A stretch of 64,000 nucleotides of DNA, taken from assembly GCF_009834535.1 (NCBI RefSeq), contig NC_045697.1:54066001-54130000 (forward strand), given 5' to 3'. Shown here piece by piece: positions 25,147 to 37,457 of the stretch. Position 1 is the first letter of the stretch; each line of letters starts with the position of its first letter. Position numbers and translations under genes: made by a program. The notes below the pieces were generated by a model. That model was not told the origin of the DNA, ran no database searches, and worked only from the letters and a program-made list of their open reading frames with translations. This stretch comes from Camelus ferus. Its lineage: Eukaryota.

Positions 25147-25990
25147 TTTTCTTTTCATTTCTTTGTTTTGTTTTTGTTTGTTATTTTCTTGAGTCGTTTG
25201 CAGATGGCTTTTTCTCTGTTATTTTTTCCACTTGGTCCATGGCTTGGGAGAGGGGTCCACGGTGATTAAAAAGCTACCTCGAAGCTAGAGAGAGGCACTC
25301 AGGCAGGCCAGGGGGAAGCAGCGGGTGGGTCCTCAAAGGCCACTGGGCGTGGGAGGCTACTACTGACACTTGAGGACGATAGGTTGGGGCCCAACAGCCT
25401 GTGGGGTTTGGTCAGGTGGTCGCCCATCTTCTGGAGGAGTTTCAGCTCTGGGCCTAGGAAATGGCTCTCTAGGAAGCCACAGAGGTGGCAGGCAGAGCCC
25501 AGGAATGCTTGTCTCCCAGGCCAAGGCAGCTTCCACAGCTGGCAGGTTGCCGCCCCGCGCATCCCCACGCATGGCTCCTGGTCTTCCTGGACGAGGGCTC
25601 GGTTGCTGCGCAGGTTTTCCGTCTTCCAGAGACGCGGGGCGGCTGTGCGCTTTTCCTCGGCCAACTCGCGTTAGCAGCCATCAGGGCTTGTCCTGCATTG
25701 GGTATGGAGCACCAGAGGGAGGGAAGGAGGAGGGTAAGCTAGGTCCCCAGGTGCCGGTTGACCAGGCGCTGACAGCGGCCTCCAACCTTGGAGGAGTACG
25801 TCTACTTGATGTAGCTCATGGTTCGTTGGAGCCAACTACACACAGAATGGTATTAGCGGGTCTCAGAGGTGGACGATGGAATGGCCGAGACGATGGTTCC
25901 AGAAACAGCGGCTGGGGGCTGAGGAGGAAGTTGAGGGTGTTCAAAGTCTGGCGGGATGGTTCCGTCCTAGCAGGAGACATATCCACACCC
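25147..25990 (-). pseudogene. FTL: Ferritin light chain processed pseudogene (5'UTR, disrupted CDS, 3'UTR, decayed poly(A) tail)
   Basis: The minus strand has CCAACGAACC-ATGAGC (ATG at 25819) and GAGGCCGCTGTCAGCGCCTGGTCAAC (EAAVNRLVN-like). It also reads ELAEEKR..RLWKTENLRSNRALVQE and HLCGFLESHFLGPELKLLQKMGDHLT...RLLGP, against FTL [34 protein letters not shown]. It is intronless, has a stop at codon 6 and frameshifts, and ends in an A-rich tail at about 25147-25190. Confidence 0.9.
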
Positions 25991-28900
25991 TGTCCTTATA
26001 GCTGGCTGTTTTATAGGGAGAAATATTATTTGCCATATTCTTGGACTCACAATTTGTGGACGTGAGCATAGTGTCCTGTTTTATGAACCGTACAGTCCTC
26101 ACAAGTTAAGTAACTTCAGTTTGTAATATTAATTTTTTTAACTCAAATTTACTGAAAATCTGCCTTAGAGTCTTCACAATAGTCCTTACACAGAGGATTT
26201 AAATTTTACATAATTTCCAATTACCTGGATTGTACAAAGATAAAATAATTTACCTACTGAATTTTCTCCACTCAGAAAATATGAATTTTACTCAGTCTAC
26301 TGATAATCATTTTTCTATCAAATATCTGAAAAAGTAAGTACCTATCATGTGCAGCCATATAATGGAGTTGTCCTAAATTTCACAAATTTGTTTTTAAATG
26401 GTATTTTTCAGTTCTTTTCTATCATGTGTAATCCTAGTTTCCTAAAATTTTCAAAGACCAACATCTCTTAAAGAAGTCTCAGCATATTAAATTCTAGTTA
26501 ACTGCCTTGATATTTAACCCACTGTCATAATTAACATCAAATACTGCATCACCATCATCAATTAAACGATAAAGCTTAACATTTAGTGAGTCCTTACTAT
26601 ATGCGATTCTAATAATTTTACATGTATTGTCCCAATCAATCCGTATGTCCTATGAAGTACCCTACTATTATCCTAAATTTACAGGTGAAGGAATTGAGAC
26701 AGGAAGACATTAAAAACCTTGCGGAAAACTCAGAATAACATCCGCTGTACATCATTCTGCCTCAGTCCATCACAGAAATTCATAATAAGGAAGTGACTTT
26801 GACCAGAGATGTTAAGAGTTTACATTTTTGTGTGCCTTTTTATACTGGGGTAACCTTCCTGACAACTGCTCCTGTGAGCCATCTAAGAAAGAGGAAAAAT
26901 AACACAAGCAATAAAACTACCTTCTTTCAGGAGGATGATGAAGGGTTTAAGTAGAAACTGGGTATCTACTCATCCGGAGGGGGCATAAAGATTTCAAAGA
27001 TTTGGTTTTTGAAGTGTAGGTGGAATTATAAGTGGAGAAGAGTGATACTAGTGACCATTAAGGTTTTTATTAATTCTGTAATTACATGTTTCTAAGACTT
27101 CAGATGCAGCTTCCGCAATAGTTGAATTGTTTAACGTGAACCCTTGTCAGAACCCCATTTTGGACTTAAAATCTTCTTTGCTCCCTGTGTTTAATGAGGG
27201 CTAGAGTTTATTAATGTGGAATAATAAATTTCATTTTTTGTGAAAAAATCAATTTATTACAAATAAATGTGCATCTCAATTTTTAATGCAAAATGAAAAG
27301 AGCTTTATGGAGCCTAACTGACAAATCATTTCAGCTTTTAAATACATGTTACTTATACTATATTCCATATTTTATTAAATATAAGTTTGTTAATGACAAA
27401 CTTTGTAATGGGAAGTAACAATGCAGAAGCAGCTGCTTTATATATAAAATTTTATTGGCTATTTTTTTAAGTCAAGTGCTGCCAGTCAGCATAATTTCAA
27501 CTCATACTGTATTCAAAACAGATGGAAAATTCTGTGAATATTTTTAAATGATGGAGTTACCATAAACAAAAAGTTACAACTTAAAGTATATTCTAATTAA
27601 TTATATAAACTGGTAACTTTAGAAAAAGAACTACTAATTTGGTTCCTTTATCTATGAAATGATAATTTAAAATTTGTTTTCTGATAGTCTTGATGTTATC
27701 ATTATGTTAAGAATAGTGCAAAATTTGGCACAGGTAGTTTTGATTAGAAACATTTACCTTAAATATTTCATATAAATTAATTAAATGTGCATAACAACAC
27801 TCATGCAGTTAATGTATAATAAAAAGGAAGTTTCAAATGTAAGTGTTTTGAACATTTATGGCAATGTATATTATGTATTACACACTAAAATATTGTACTT
27901 TCAAGATATGAGATTAAGAAAAGGAAACCAATGATGACTTGAAAGGATTATGCCTGGTATTCATTCAGTTTGTGCCAGAAGAACTCAAACCTCAGAGAGT
28001 TCATTGTCTGCCAAGTCTGGAAACTTGATGTCTGGTCAATAATCATCACACACTTTTTGAAAGTGTGTGTGAAAAATACAGTGATACAGTTGACTCCTGA
28101 TAAAGTTTCATTCCACTGCCTTGCTAAGGTGCTAGCAGTTTTCACCACCACTACTTTTACACCATTGGTTTGATTTCACAGACCTCTTTGAAAGGGTCTT
28201 AGAGACTCTCTAGGGTCAGTAGACCACACTTTTAAAACCTCTGATCTGTGCTAATTGTTGTAAAGGGAAGTGTACATAACCAATACCCACAAAATAATCT
28301 TATCAATACATAAATAACCAAGAATAATTCATTCATATACCTATATATGACAGAAGCACGTGGAAGAGGCAACTAACTCAGAAAGGAGGTGTGGCAATCA
28401 AAGATTTATTAGAGAAAGTGCCCCGAGGATAAGCCCTATAAAATGAACAAGAGGGTAAGACTTCTTGGTAAAGGCGTGGAGGTACATGGGAAAGACATCC
28501 CAAACAGAGAAGACACACTGTCAAACACCGTAACTGAACAGAGCATCCGTGCATTAGTCAGGACAGGCTAGACTGTACCCTGCTAGCACACACCTGAATC
28601 TCCACAGTTTAACACATCAAAATTGACTTCTCCCTCATAGACTATTTCCAGTAGGATGACTCTCCAAGGCAGCTGGATCAGCAACCCGGGCTGCTTTTGC
28701 CTTGTGGCTGTGCCACGTGAACATGTGGCCTGCATGCTCCATGGCAGAGAAGAGAGAGCTGCTAGTAGCTCCACTAACAGAACTGAACAGATACCCACTA
28801 ATGCTCCTGGACCAGTAACCATAACCCCTCAAACGGCCCCTTCTAACTTAAAGGGGCTGAAAAATGTGAGCGAACACTTGGATATTTTGAGACCCATATA

Positions 28901-29140
28901 TTTCTCTGGCCTAGCCTAGTTATTTAAAACAGACCCCTGGCACTAATTTCTACTCCTGCCAAGAACAGAGAGTTTCTAAGAGTAAGTTAAGGGCTCTGTT
29001 AATCAACCAGAATGATGACTAATAGGAAGATTCATGCTGTAGCTTCTGATCAAAAATGAGTAGAAGGAGAGGTGGAGACCTCAAAGAAGGGAAAGAGAAG
29101 CAGGTACTATACAGAGAGAAGACAAGAATTACACAAATTT

Positions 29141-29259
29141 ATTTTATTTTATTTTTAGGATGGAAGTAATTAGGTTTTTATTTATTTTTAATGGGGGTTG
29201 AACCCAGGACCCTGTGCATGTTAGACACATGGTATACCACTGAGCTATATCCTCCCCCC
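29141..29259 (-). mobile_element. Vic-1-like camelid SINE
   Basis: Minus strand gggggaggatatagctcagtggtatacc...gggtcctgggttcaaccccc...aaacctaattacttcc plus an A-rich tail, with A/B-box-like motifs. TSD agaattacacaaattt (29125-29140) / agaatcaaacaaattt (29260-29275). Confidence 0.85.
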
Positions 29260-30492
29260 AGAATCAAACAAATTTATATCATAATGTTAAGAGAAAAAAG
29301 TTATACAAAACTACTATGTAGTTTGTCTCTACTGTATAAAATATGCACAAAAAAGACTAAAAGGAAATACAGGACGATTTCAACAGTTAATTCTGGTGAT
29401 TTTTAAATTTTCCATAATGAGCATGGTTACTTTATAACCAAAGGAAAAGCTTTGTTAAAAATGCCAACCTAAATGGTTAATTTTAAGTCACAAGTCTGAT
29501 ATTGAGATGAGATATTCATTAATATGAATTCATTAGTATGAATATACTTTCCCCTACCTTAAATTGGGATGTATGGCTTGATACAAAATTTGACAAGATT
29601 GAAAATTTTGCATCAAACAGTCCTAAAAAATCATATGACTGCACAGCCACAAAGAAATGAAAAGCTATAATTATGTTTCTTTAAGCTCAAATGGGACATA
29701 TTTATATGTGATACATACAATATACAGTCTTGCCCTCCACAATGTGTTACTGAAATTTATGTTAATCCAGTTTTTATAAACTGAATGTTTTAAATTACCA
29801 AAATAGCTTAGTATTTGAATAATGAATTATTTTGAATTATTTTTCTGTATAAACTATGTCTACACACATACATTTGCTTAAAAGATAGTAAGTATTTAAT
29901 TTTTACCTCTGAAATCTGGACTTTTTTTTTTTTTTCTTTTGCGAGCAGAACACCTATGTTTTATCATTTCTCCCAGCAGAGGGCGTTACAACCCAAGTAT
30001 CAGGCCTCACAAATTTTCCATTATTGTCAAACTTGCATAGTTACTTGACAGTTCTCATTAAGGGACAAAGTATAGTCCCACCAGGAGATAAGATAATATA
30101 CAAAGGAAAAACTTCCCTTTCAATCCTTATTTCGGGTAAACAAGGAGTATAAACTGAGATGATGTGTGCATATTCTTATCAATTTGGACCAGGTATCAAA
30201 ATGTATGGAGATAACTAACAGCCCAGAGGACAATTTTTAATGAGCGTGGTATCACATCTAAAGGAGGTTAAAAATGGGAAGACGCACAGATTAAGTTCTA
30301 CTTTTAAAATTCACTTCTGCAAAGGACAGTATCAAGTTCCATGATAAATGTATATGTATTAAGTAATGGATTCCACTGTAGAAAACATATGATCTAGTGA
30401 AGTATAAGTGAAAGTATAAATGCACAGCAAACTCAGATGCAAGATAACTGGAGTAAGTGCCAGTTTTAGATGTTTAAACTCCATTTCACATC

Positions 30493-30830
30493 ACTGGGTG
30501 CCCAGGAGGCAGATGTCCCTGAGGGAGAAGTCAGGGCACATCCCTGTGAGTTTCTTCTTGCACTTTGCACCCAGTGGGGTCCTGTAGGACAGCAGCTGTT
30601 ACTGCAAATCCCCTGAAGCAGGGGTAGCACTCTCCACAGTTGCACCTGTCCAAGAGGTTGTAGTAAATGTAACACTCCTCCTGCTGCTGCTGCTTCTGCC
30701 TGGCCTGCCGGTGGATGGCCGCACTGCACTGGAGGGCCTGGCTGGCCAGGGAGCAGCTACAGCTGCTGGTAGGGTCCAACCCATCTGTGTGCAGGAGGGG
30801 CCTACTTGTCCCCACTGCAGGTGGACCACC
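30493..30830 (-). pseudogene. ZC3H3: Processed pseudogene fragment of ZC3H3 (CCCH zinc-finger region)
   Basis: The minus strand reads LDPTSSCSCSLASQALQCSAAIHRQARQKQQQQEECYIYYNLLDRCNCGECYP, matching recalled ZC3H3 SRSLASRAVQRSLAIIRQARQRREKRKEYCMYYNRFGRCNRGERCPY. Shifted frames then give GICSNSCCP (ZC3H3 GICSNSNCPY) and PLGAKCKKKLTGMCPDF (ZC3H3 PLGAKCKKKHTLLCPDF). It is intronless and frameshifted. Confidence 0.82.
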
Positions 30831-31132
30831 AAGTATTTTCTGAATTTACATTATGTTCAGAACCATACTTATTTTTATTGAATCTGCTCAAGAAGTACAA
30901 AATATGCTCCTTGCCTACAAACTTGGGAAGTATACACTAAGAATATGAAATACTAGTGGACAAACAAGCCAGGACCAAGTTAGGAAGAGAACTTTCTGTA
31001 AGCATTCTAAGATGGTGAGATCATATCGAGATGGAATCATTGTCTCTGAATGGTGTAAATCATGGACATCATAATTGTCAGACCTGAGCTGGAATCTGAC
31101 GTTGCTGTGCCCATCTGTATGACAAGTTTCTT

Positions 31133-33252
31133 CTTCTTTTTTTTTTTTTTTTTACTTTTTTTATTGAGTTATAGTCATTTTACAATGTTGAGTCAATTTC
31201 CAGTGTAGAGCACAATTTTTCAGATATACATGACATACACATATTCATCATTGCATTCTTTTTCGCTGTGAGCTACCTCAAGATCTCGTATATATTTCCC
31301 TGTGCTATACAGTATAATCTTGTTTATCTATTCTACACATGCCTGTCAGTATCTATAAATTTCAAACTCCCAGTCTGTCTCTACCCACCCCCCGCCCCCT
31401 TGGCAACCACAAGTTTGTATTCTATGTCTATGAGTCTGTTTCTGTTTTGTATTTATGTTTTTTTTTAGATTCCACATATGAGAGATCTCATATGGTATTT
31501 TTCTTTCTCTTTCTGGCTTACTTCACTTAGAATGACATTCTCCAGGAACATCCATGTTGCTGCAAATGGTGTTATGTTGTCAGTTTTTATGGCTGAGTAG
31601 TATTCCATTGTATAAATATACCACCTCTTCTTTATCCAGTCATCTGTTGATGGACGTTTAGGCTGTTTCCATGACTTGGCTATTGTAAATAGTGCTGCTA
31701 TGAACATTGGGGTGCAGGTGTCTTTTTGAAGTAGGGTTCCTTCTGGATATATGTCCAGGCATGGGATTATGGGTCTTATGGTAAGTCTATTCCTAGTCTT
31801 TTGAGGAATCTCCATACTGTTTTCCACAATGGCTGCACCAAAGTGCATTCCCACCAGCAGTGTAGGAGGGTTCCCTTTTCTCCACAGCCTCTCCAGCATT
31901 TGTCATTTGTGGACTTTTGAATGATGGCCATTCTGACTGGTGTGAGGTGATACCTCATTGTAGTTTTGATTTGCATTTCTCTGATAATTAGTGATATTGA
32001 GCATTTTCTCATGTGCGTATTGATCATTTGTATTTCTTCCTTGGAGAATTGCTTGCTTTAGGTCTTCTGCCCATTTTCGGACTGGGCTGTTTGCTTTTTT
32101 CTCATTAAGTCGTATGAGCTGCTTATATATTTTGGAGATCAAGCCCTTGTCGGTTTCATCTTTTGCAAAAATTATCTCCCATTCTGTAGGTTGTCATTTT
32201 GTTTTGCTTATGGTTTCCTTTGCTGTGCAGAAGCTTGTAAGTTTCATTAGGTCCTATTTGTTTATTCTTGCTTTTATTTCTATTGCTTGAGTAGACTGTC
32301 CTAGGAGAACATTTTTGAGATGTATGTCAGATAATGTTTTGCCTATATTTTCTTCTAGGAGGTTTACTGTATCTTGTCTTATGTTTAAGTCTTTGATCCA
32401 TTCTGAGTTGATTTTTGTATATGGTGTAAGGGAGTGTTCTAGCTTCACTGATTTACATGCAGCTGTCCAGTTTTCCCAACAGCACTTGCTGAAGAGACTG
32501 TCTTTATTCCATTGTATATTCTTGCCTCCTTTGTTGAAGATGAGTTGATCAGAAGTTTGTGGGTTCATTTCTGGGCTCTCTATTCTGTTCCATTGGTCCA
32601 TATGTCTGTTTCTGTACCAATACCATGCTGTCTTCATGACTGTAGCTCTATAGTATTTTCTGAAGTCTTAGAGAGTTATTCCTCCAGCCTCTTTCTTTTT
32701 CTTCAGTAATGCTTTGGCAATTCAAGGTCTTTGAGGGTTCCATATAAATTTTATTATGATTTGTTCTAGTTCTGTGAAATATGTCCTGGGTAATTTGATA
32801 GGGATTTCATTAAATCTGTAGATTGCCTTGAGCAGTATGACCATTTTAACAATATTGATTCTTCCAATCCAGGAGCATGGGATATCTTTCCATTTTTTAA
32901 AGTCTTCTTTAATTTTCCTTAATCAATGTTTTATAGTTCTCCGTGTATAAGTCTTTCACCTCCTTGGTAAGATTTATTCCTAGGTATTTTATTACTTCAG
33001 GTGCTATTTTAAAGGGGATTGTTTCTTTACTTTCTTTTACAGTTGATTCATCGTTAGTGTAAAGAAATGCAACTGATTTTTGTACATTAATCTTGTAACC
33101 TGCTACCTTGCTGAATTCTACAATTAGTTCTAGTAGTTTTTGTGTGGACCTTTTAGGGTTTTCTATATATAGTATCATGTCAGCTGCATATAGTGACACT
33201 TTTATGTCTTCTTTTACAATTTGGATCCCTTTTATTTCTCTCTCTACTTAGG
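31133..33252 (-). mobile_element. 5'-truncated LINE-1 (about 2.1 kb; ORF2 C-terminal part, 3'UTR, poly(A)) inserted into a MIR
   Basis: ORF2 peptides [52 protein letters not shown] and CTPMFIAALFTIAK. Poly(T) at 31137-31153 and TSD caagtttctt (31123-31132 / 33253-33262). Frameshifts and stops are present. Confidence 0.95.
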
Positions 33253-36200
33253 CAAGTTTCTTAAACTCCCCAAGACCTCATGTCCTTGTCTACAAAGTAG
33301 GAATGCTAATAGTACCAAGGCTTATACATACTATAACAAACATAAAGTATTAAATACAGTGCCTAGTAGATAGTACCCCCTACGCACCCAAACTATGATG
33401 TATCATTAGAGAAGCTTTCAAGGGGTTTAGGCCTTGATGGGAAGGGAGAATTTGGTCAGGTAGACAGTGTGGGTAAAGGCTGGCATTTCAGGCGAGGGGA
33501 ATAATGAACTTGAACAAAGCAATGAAGGTGGCACATTTGAGCAATCTAGGAAAGAAATACACATTAAGGAGCAGAGGGATAGGACGGGGCATATGGGGTT
33601 AATTTAGAGAAGTGCTTCCCAGCTTTGGAGCCCTAAATGAAGGAGTGTGTGCACAGTTATCATAAGGAACCCTCAAATCCGTTAGTGCTCCAAACAATGC
33701 CTTATAGTGAATATCTATTACTTTCCACCTCCAAACGTGTAAAGCTGCTGTTGAAATTCATAAAATATAAATTTATTTAAAAGAGCTGTTGAATTAAAAA
33801 TGGTTTAATATTTATCAAAGAATTCCATTCTTCAGGTCTCAACTTAAATCTCACTTGCCCAGAGAGATTTCTCTCATTCCACTACTTGAAGTAGTGCCCA
33901 GGCCCTCTTCACTTCCTAGCCCTCATTCTGCTTTAATTTGTTTCATAGTACCAAAAGCAATCTGGAATTATATTATGTATTTATTTGTTTACTCCCTGTC
34001 TCCTCTCTTTGACTACCTCTCAAGCTACCATGAAGGCAAGGACTTTTGTTGTATTCAGTACCAAAACACCAGCACCTAGAACAGTGCCTCTAGATGGTAG
34101 GCCTCCAGTAAATATTTGCTGAATAAATAAACAAGTCTACAAAGTACCAGTTTCAAATGCATACTACAAGGCAAATGAACTGATTACCTTATATTCAGTG
34201 ATCTTTGTCTTCTTAGTGAATAATTTAAGTTAAAATAGCAACAGATTTTTTTACTTCTTCTTTACAATCATCCACTGGTCCTTTGCCTGAAATGAGAATT
34301 TCTTTTTTTTTTTCTTTTGAGAATTTCTTATTAATATTAGAGATGCCACAGAAGAATTGGCCCAATTATGACACACATAAGAGGGAAACGAGTCTTTATT
34401 CTAAAAGACTGCAGCTTAATCCGGTGAAAGAACATTGCTTTTGAGATATAAGACTATGACATGACTCTTCATTTCAGTGCTCAAATGATTAAGACATTAA
34501 TCAGAGTTTCCCCTAACCTCAGACAGGTTAAACCTCTAACGTATTATTTAGAATTAGGCCATGTGTGTTGTCACTTGGATGACCAGTCATCCATTACCAG
34601 TGCATCTGAACTCCTGCAGCCTCAGCCACCACAAGAAAATGATCAAGTGTCATGAAATTGCTTAAGTGTAACAGAAACAAGCTCTGTGCATATACATTAA
34701 GCAAGCAGGCCATCAAAGGATATGTTTGATAGGAAGTTTGGTGTGATCCAAAAGACTCAATATATAGTATTATGTCAGGAGACATCTGATTTTTTAATAT
34801 CGTCACATTATTTGATCCCTTGTCATGTTTATTCGTTTCTCTTTATTCTGACGTATAAATTAGATTACTACTAATTGTAGGGCACAAGTTGATAGCTCCA
34901 TTAAAGTATTTTACGTCACTGAATTTCCTCTCCCAAGGATTTGACAGGGTTGTCTTAACCCATGAGAGGAGTGTGGAAATAGTGGTCATGCTGTGCTCTT
35001 CTTCTCTCAAGTCTGGTTGTTATTATTTAAACACATTACTTGGATAAATTTGCTCTGGCTATTTGGCCATGAATGAAGAGTATGCATTAATATAAATCAC
35101 AGTAGTAAGCAAGCAAGCAAACAATTACACATGGAATAACTTGTTTATCCATATACTCACCTATTACTACATCAGTTATTTCTGATATGTCTGTCACTGA
35201 AAATCCTGAACACCACCTCTTACAAATCAAGATTTTTTTCAGTACTAAAGCCTTGAATAGTCGCATGTGCAACTGCTTTCCACTCACCATACTGTCTGTA
35301 AACCTGTGAAATTTGTCATGGTTCTCCTAGTAATGCAACTTCCTCTACTTTCTTAGAGCCCAGTAGATAGGATTCTTCTGTCCCACTTTTATCTCTCAAT
35401 CAGTTAACTGTTAAGTTCACAAAGATTTTGTTTTTACAATTTAAAGCTATTGCTGATCTTTTTCAATAAGGTGAATAGGATTTGACTCTTGGCAGAAAGG
35501 GGATCTTAGGATCACTAACTATCTCAGTCTGGATTTCCTAGAAAACAGAACTTCGGCGAAAACTTTACGTTGGTGGGGCATGTAATTCTAGGGAAGGAGT
35601 GAGGGAAAGGGGCCAATGAGCAGGAAGGAATGAAAAGCAAAAGCAATGAGGTAGCTTACCAGTCTGGCCAGAGCCTTATACAAAGTGATTGTAGTATCTT
35701 CAGAAAGTCTGTATAAGCTACTTTGTTTCTGAATAGTCTGACCAGTGAGAGAGAGAAGAGTTCAACTACCTTCTCCTGTTTGCCTCTGAACAAAGTTCAC
35801 CATATGGTGAACCAACAGTGACACATTTTTAGGTTGTACCACCACCTGGTCCTTCCAGCAGCCATGAGGAAGCTAAATCCCAAGACAGCAGTGACAGCAT
35901 TCATAGCACCTACCACAGTGCATGAGGTAAGCTAGTGAACAGAAACAAGCCAGTGATACTATACTTCCCACCAGTCCATGTATAGACTTAAGTCTCACAG
36001 ACCTAGCTGGGCAATCCAGTGCACCTCCAGTGTGTCTCACAAGCAAAGGAAAAGCCCAGGTGGTAAGCAAGAGGTGCAGAGTAAAGAATGAGATAACATG
36101 CTGTCAGGACTTGCTTGAGAATCCCATGAGGGACTGAGAGCAGCCACCTCAATGGGACTGGCTGGCCAAGCAGGTAGAATGTCATAAAAACATGGTTCCC

Positions 36201-36578
36201 ACCATGAAGACATCAACAAGCTTTTCTCCAACAAAGTCTGAAATCCCTCCTCTATGGTCTGTGCTGATGTGCTAGGCCAGGTATGCCAGGAGATCGTCTA
36301 GAGGATTATCAGGACCATCCTGCAGAGAAAATTATGGTCTAAAATCAAGAGTTAAACAAAAGCTGGCTCCAGGCATAACCCAACAGAGCTGGAAGGGAAT
36401 GAGCTCATGATATAGGATTGTAGTCATTATAAGAAAAAACTGGAAGCTAAACTTGTAAAAGAGGTAGGGGAACAAGTCATTCTTAATTCTTACCTGTTCA
36501 AACTATGTTTGTTAAAGATATCCAATCATTTTGCAATATGCATTAAAGTGAGGAAATGTTAACCAAAGCAAATAGTAC

Positions 36579-37457
36579 CCCAGAGATGACATACAGATGG
36601 CCAACAGACACATGAAAAGATGCTCAACATCACTAATCATCAGAGAAATGCAAATCAAAACCCACAATGGGATATCACCTTACACCTGTCAGAATGGCTA
36701 TCATAAATAAAGGCCACAACTAATAACTGTTGGTGAGGATGTGAAGAAAAGGGAACCCAGGATTGTACACTGCTGGTGGGAATGAAAACTGGTGCAGCCA
36801 CTGTGGAAAACAGTCTGGCAGTTCCTCAAAAAACTAAATAGAACTACCATATGATCCAGCAATTCCACTCCTGGGTATATATTCAAAGAAAACTGAAAAC
36901 ATTAATTCAGAAGGATATATGCACCCTGATGCTCATAACAGCATTATTTACAATAGCCAAGATATGGAAGCAACCTAAGTGTCAATCAACAGATGGACAG
37001 ATAAAGATGTGGTACAATGGAAAACCACTCAGCCATAAAAAAGAATGAAATTTTGCCATCTGCAAGGACACGGAGGAACTTGGAGGGTATTATGCTTAGT
37101 GAAGTAAGTCAGGCAGAGAAAGACAAATACTGTATGATATTACTTATATGTGAAACCTAAAGAATAAAAAAAACTAGTGAATATAACAAAAAAGAAACAG
37201 ACTCACAGATCTAGAGAACACACTACTGGTTATTAGTGGGGACAGAGTAGGGGGAGGGACAAGATAGGGATAGGTATTAAGAGGTACACACTACTATATA
37301 TAAAATAAACTACAAGGATACAGCACAGGGAATATAGCCAATATTTTACAATAACAATAAATGGAGTATAACCTTTAAAAATTGTGAATTACTATGTTCT
37401 ACATATGAAACTTACATTAACATTGTGAATCAACTATACCTTTATTAAAAAAAATGA
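36579..37457 (+). mobile_element. 5'-truncated LINE-1 (ORF2 end + 3'UTR), older subfamily
   Basis: cagatggccaacagacacatgaaaagatgctcaacatcactaatcatcagagaaatgcaaatc...gcattatttacaatagccaagatatggaagcaacctaagtg, ending in an A tail. TSD aaatagtac (36570-36578 / 37458-37466). Confidence 0.92.

Noticed and set aside
25370..26065. 231-aa + strand ORF, the longest in the window
   Set aside because: It is antisense to the GC-rich FTL retrocopy, starts at TTG and has no recognisable domain. High GC content makes long stop-free frames likely.
29141..29259. tRNA gene suggested by A/B-box-like motifs
   Set aside because: It has an A-rich tail and TSDs and lacks a complete cloverleaf, so it is a SINE.
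31465..33199. Several minus-strand ORFs as functional genes
   Set aside because: They are fragments of a 5'-truncated, frameshifted L1 ORF2 with a mutated YADD motif.
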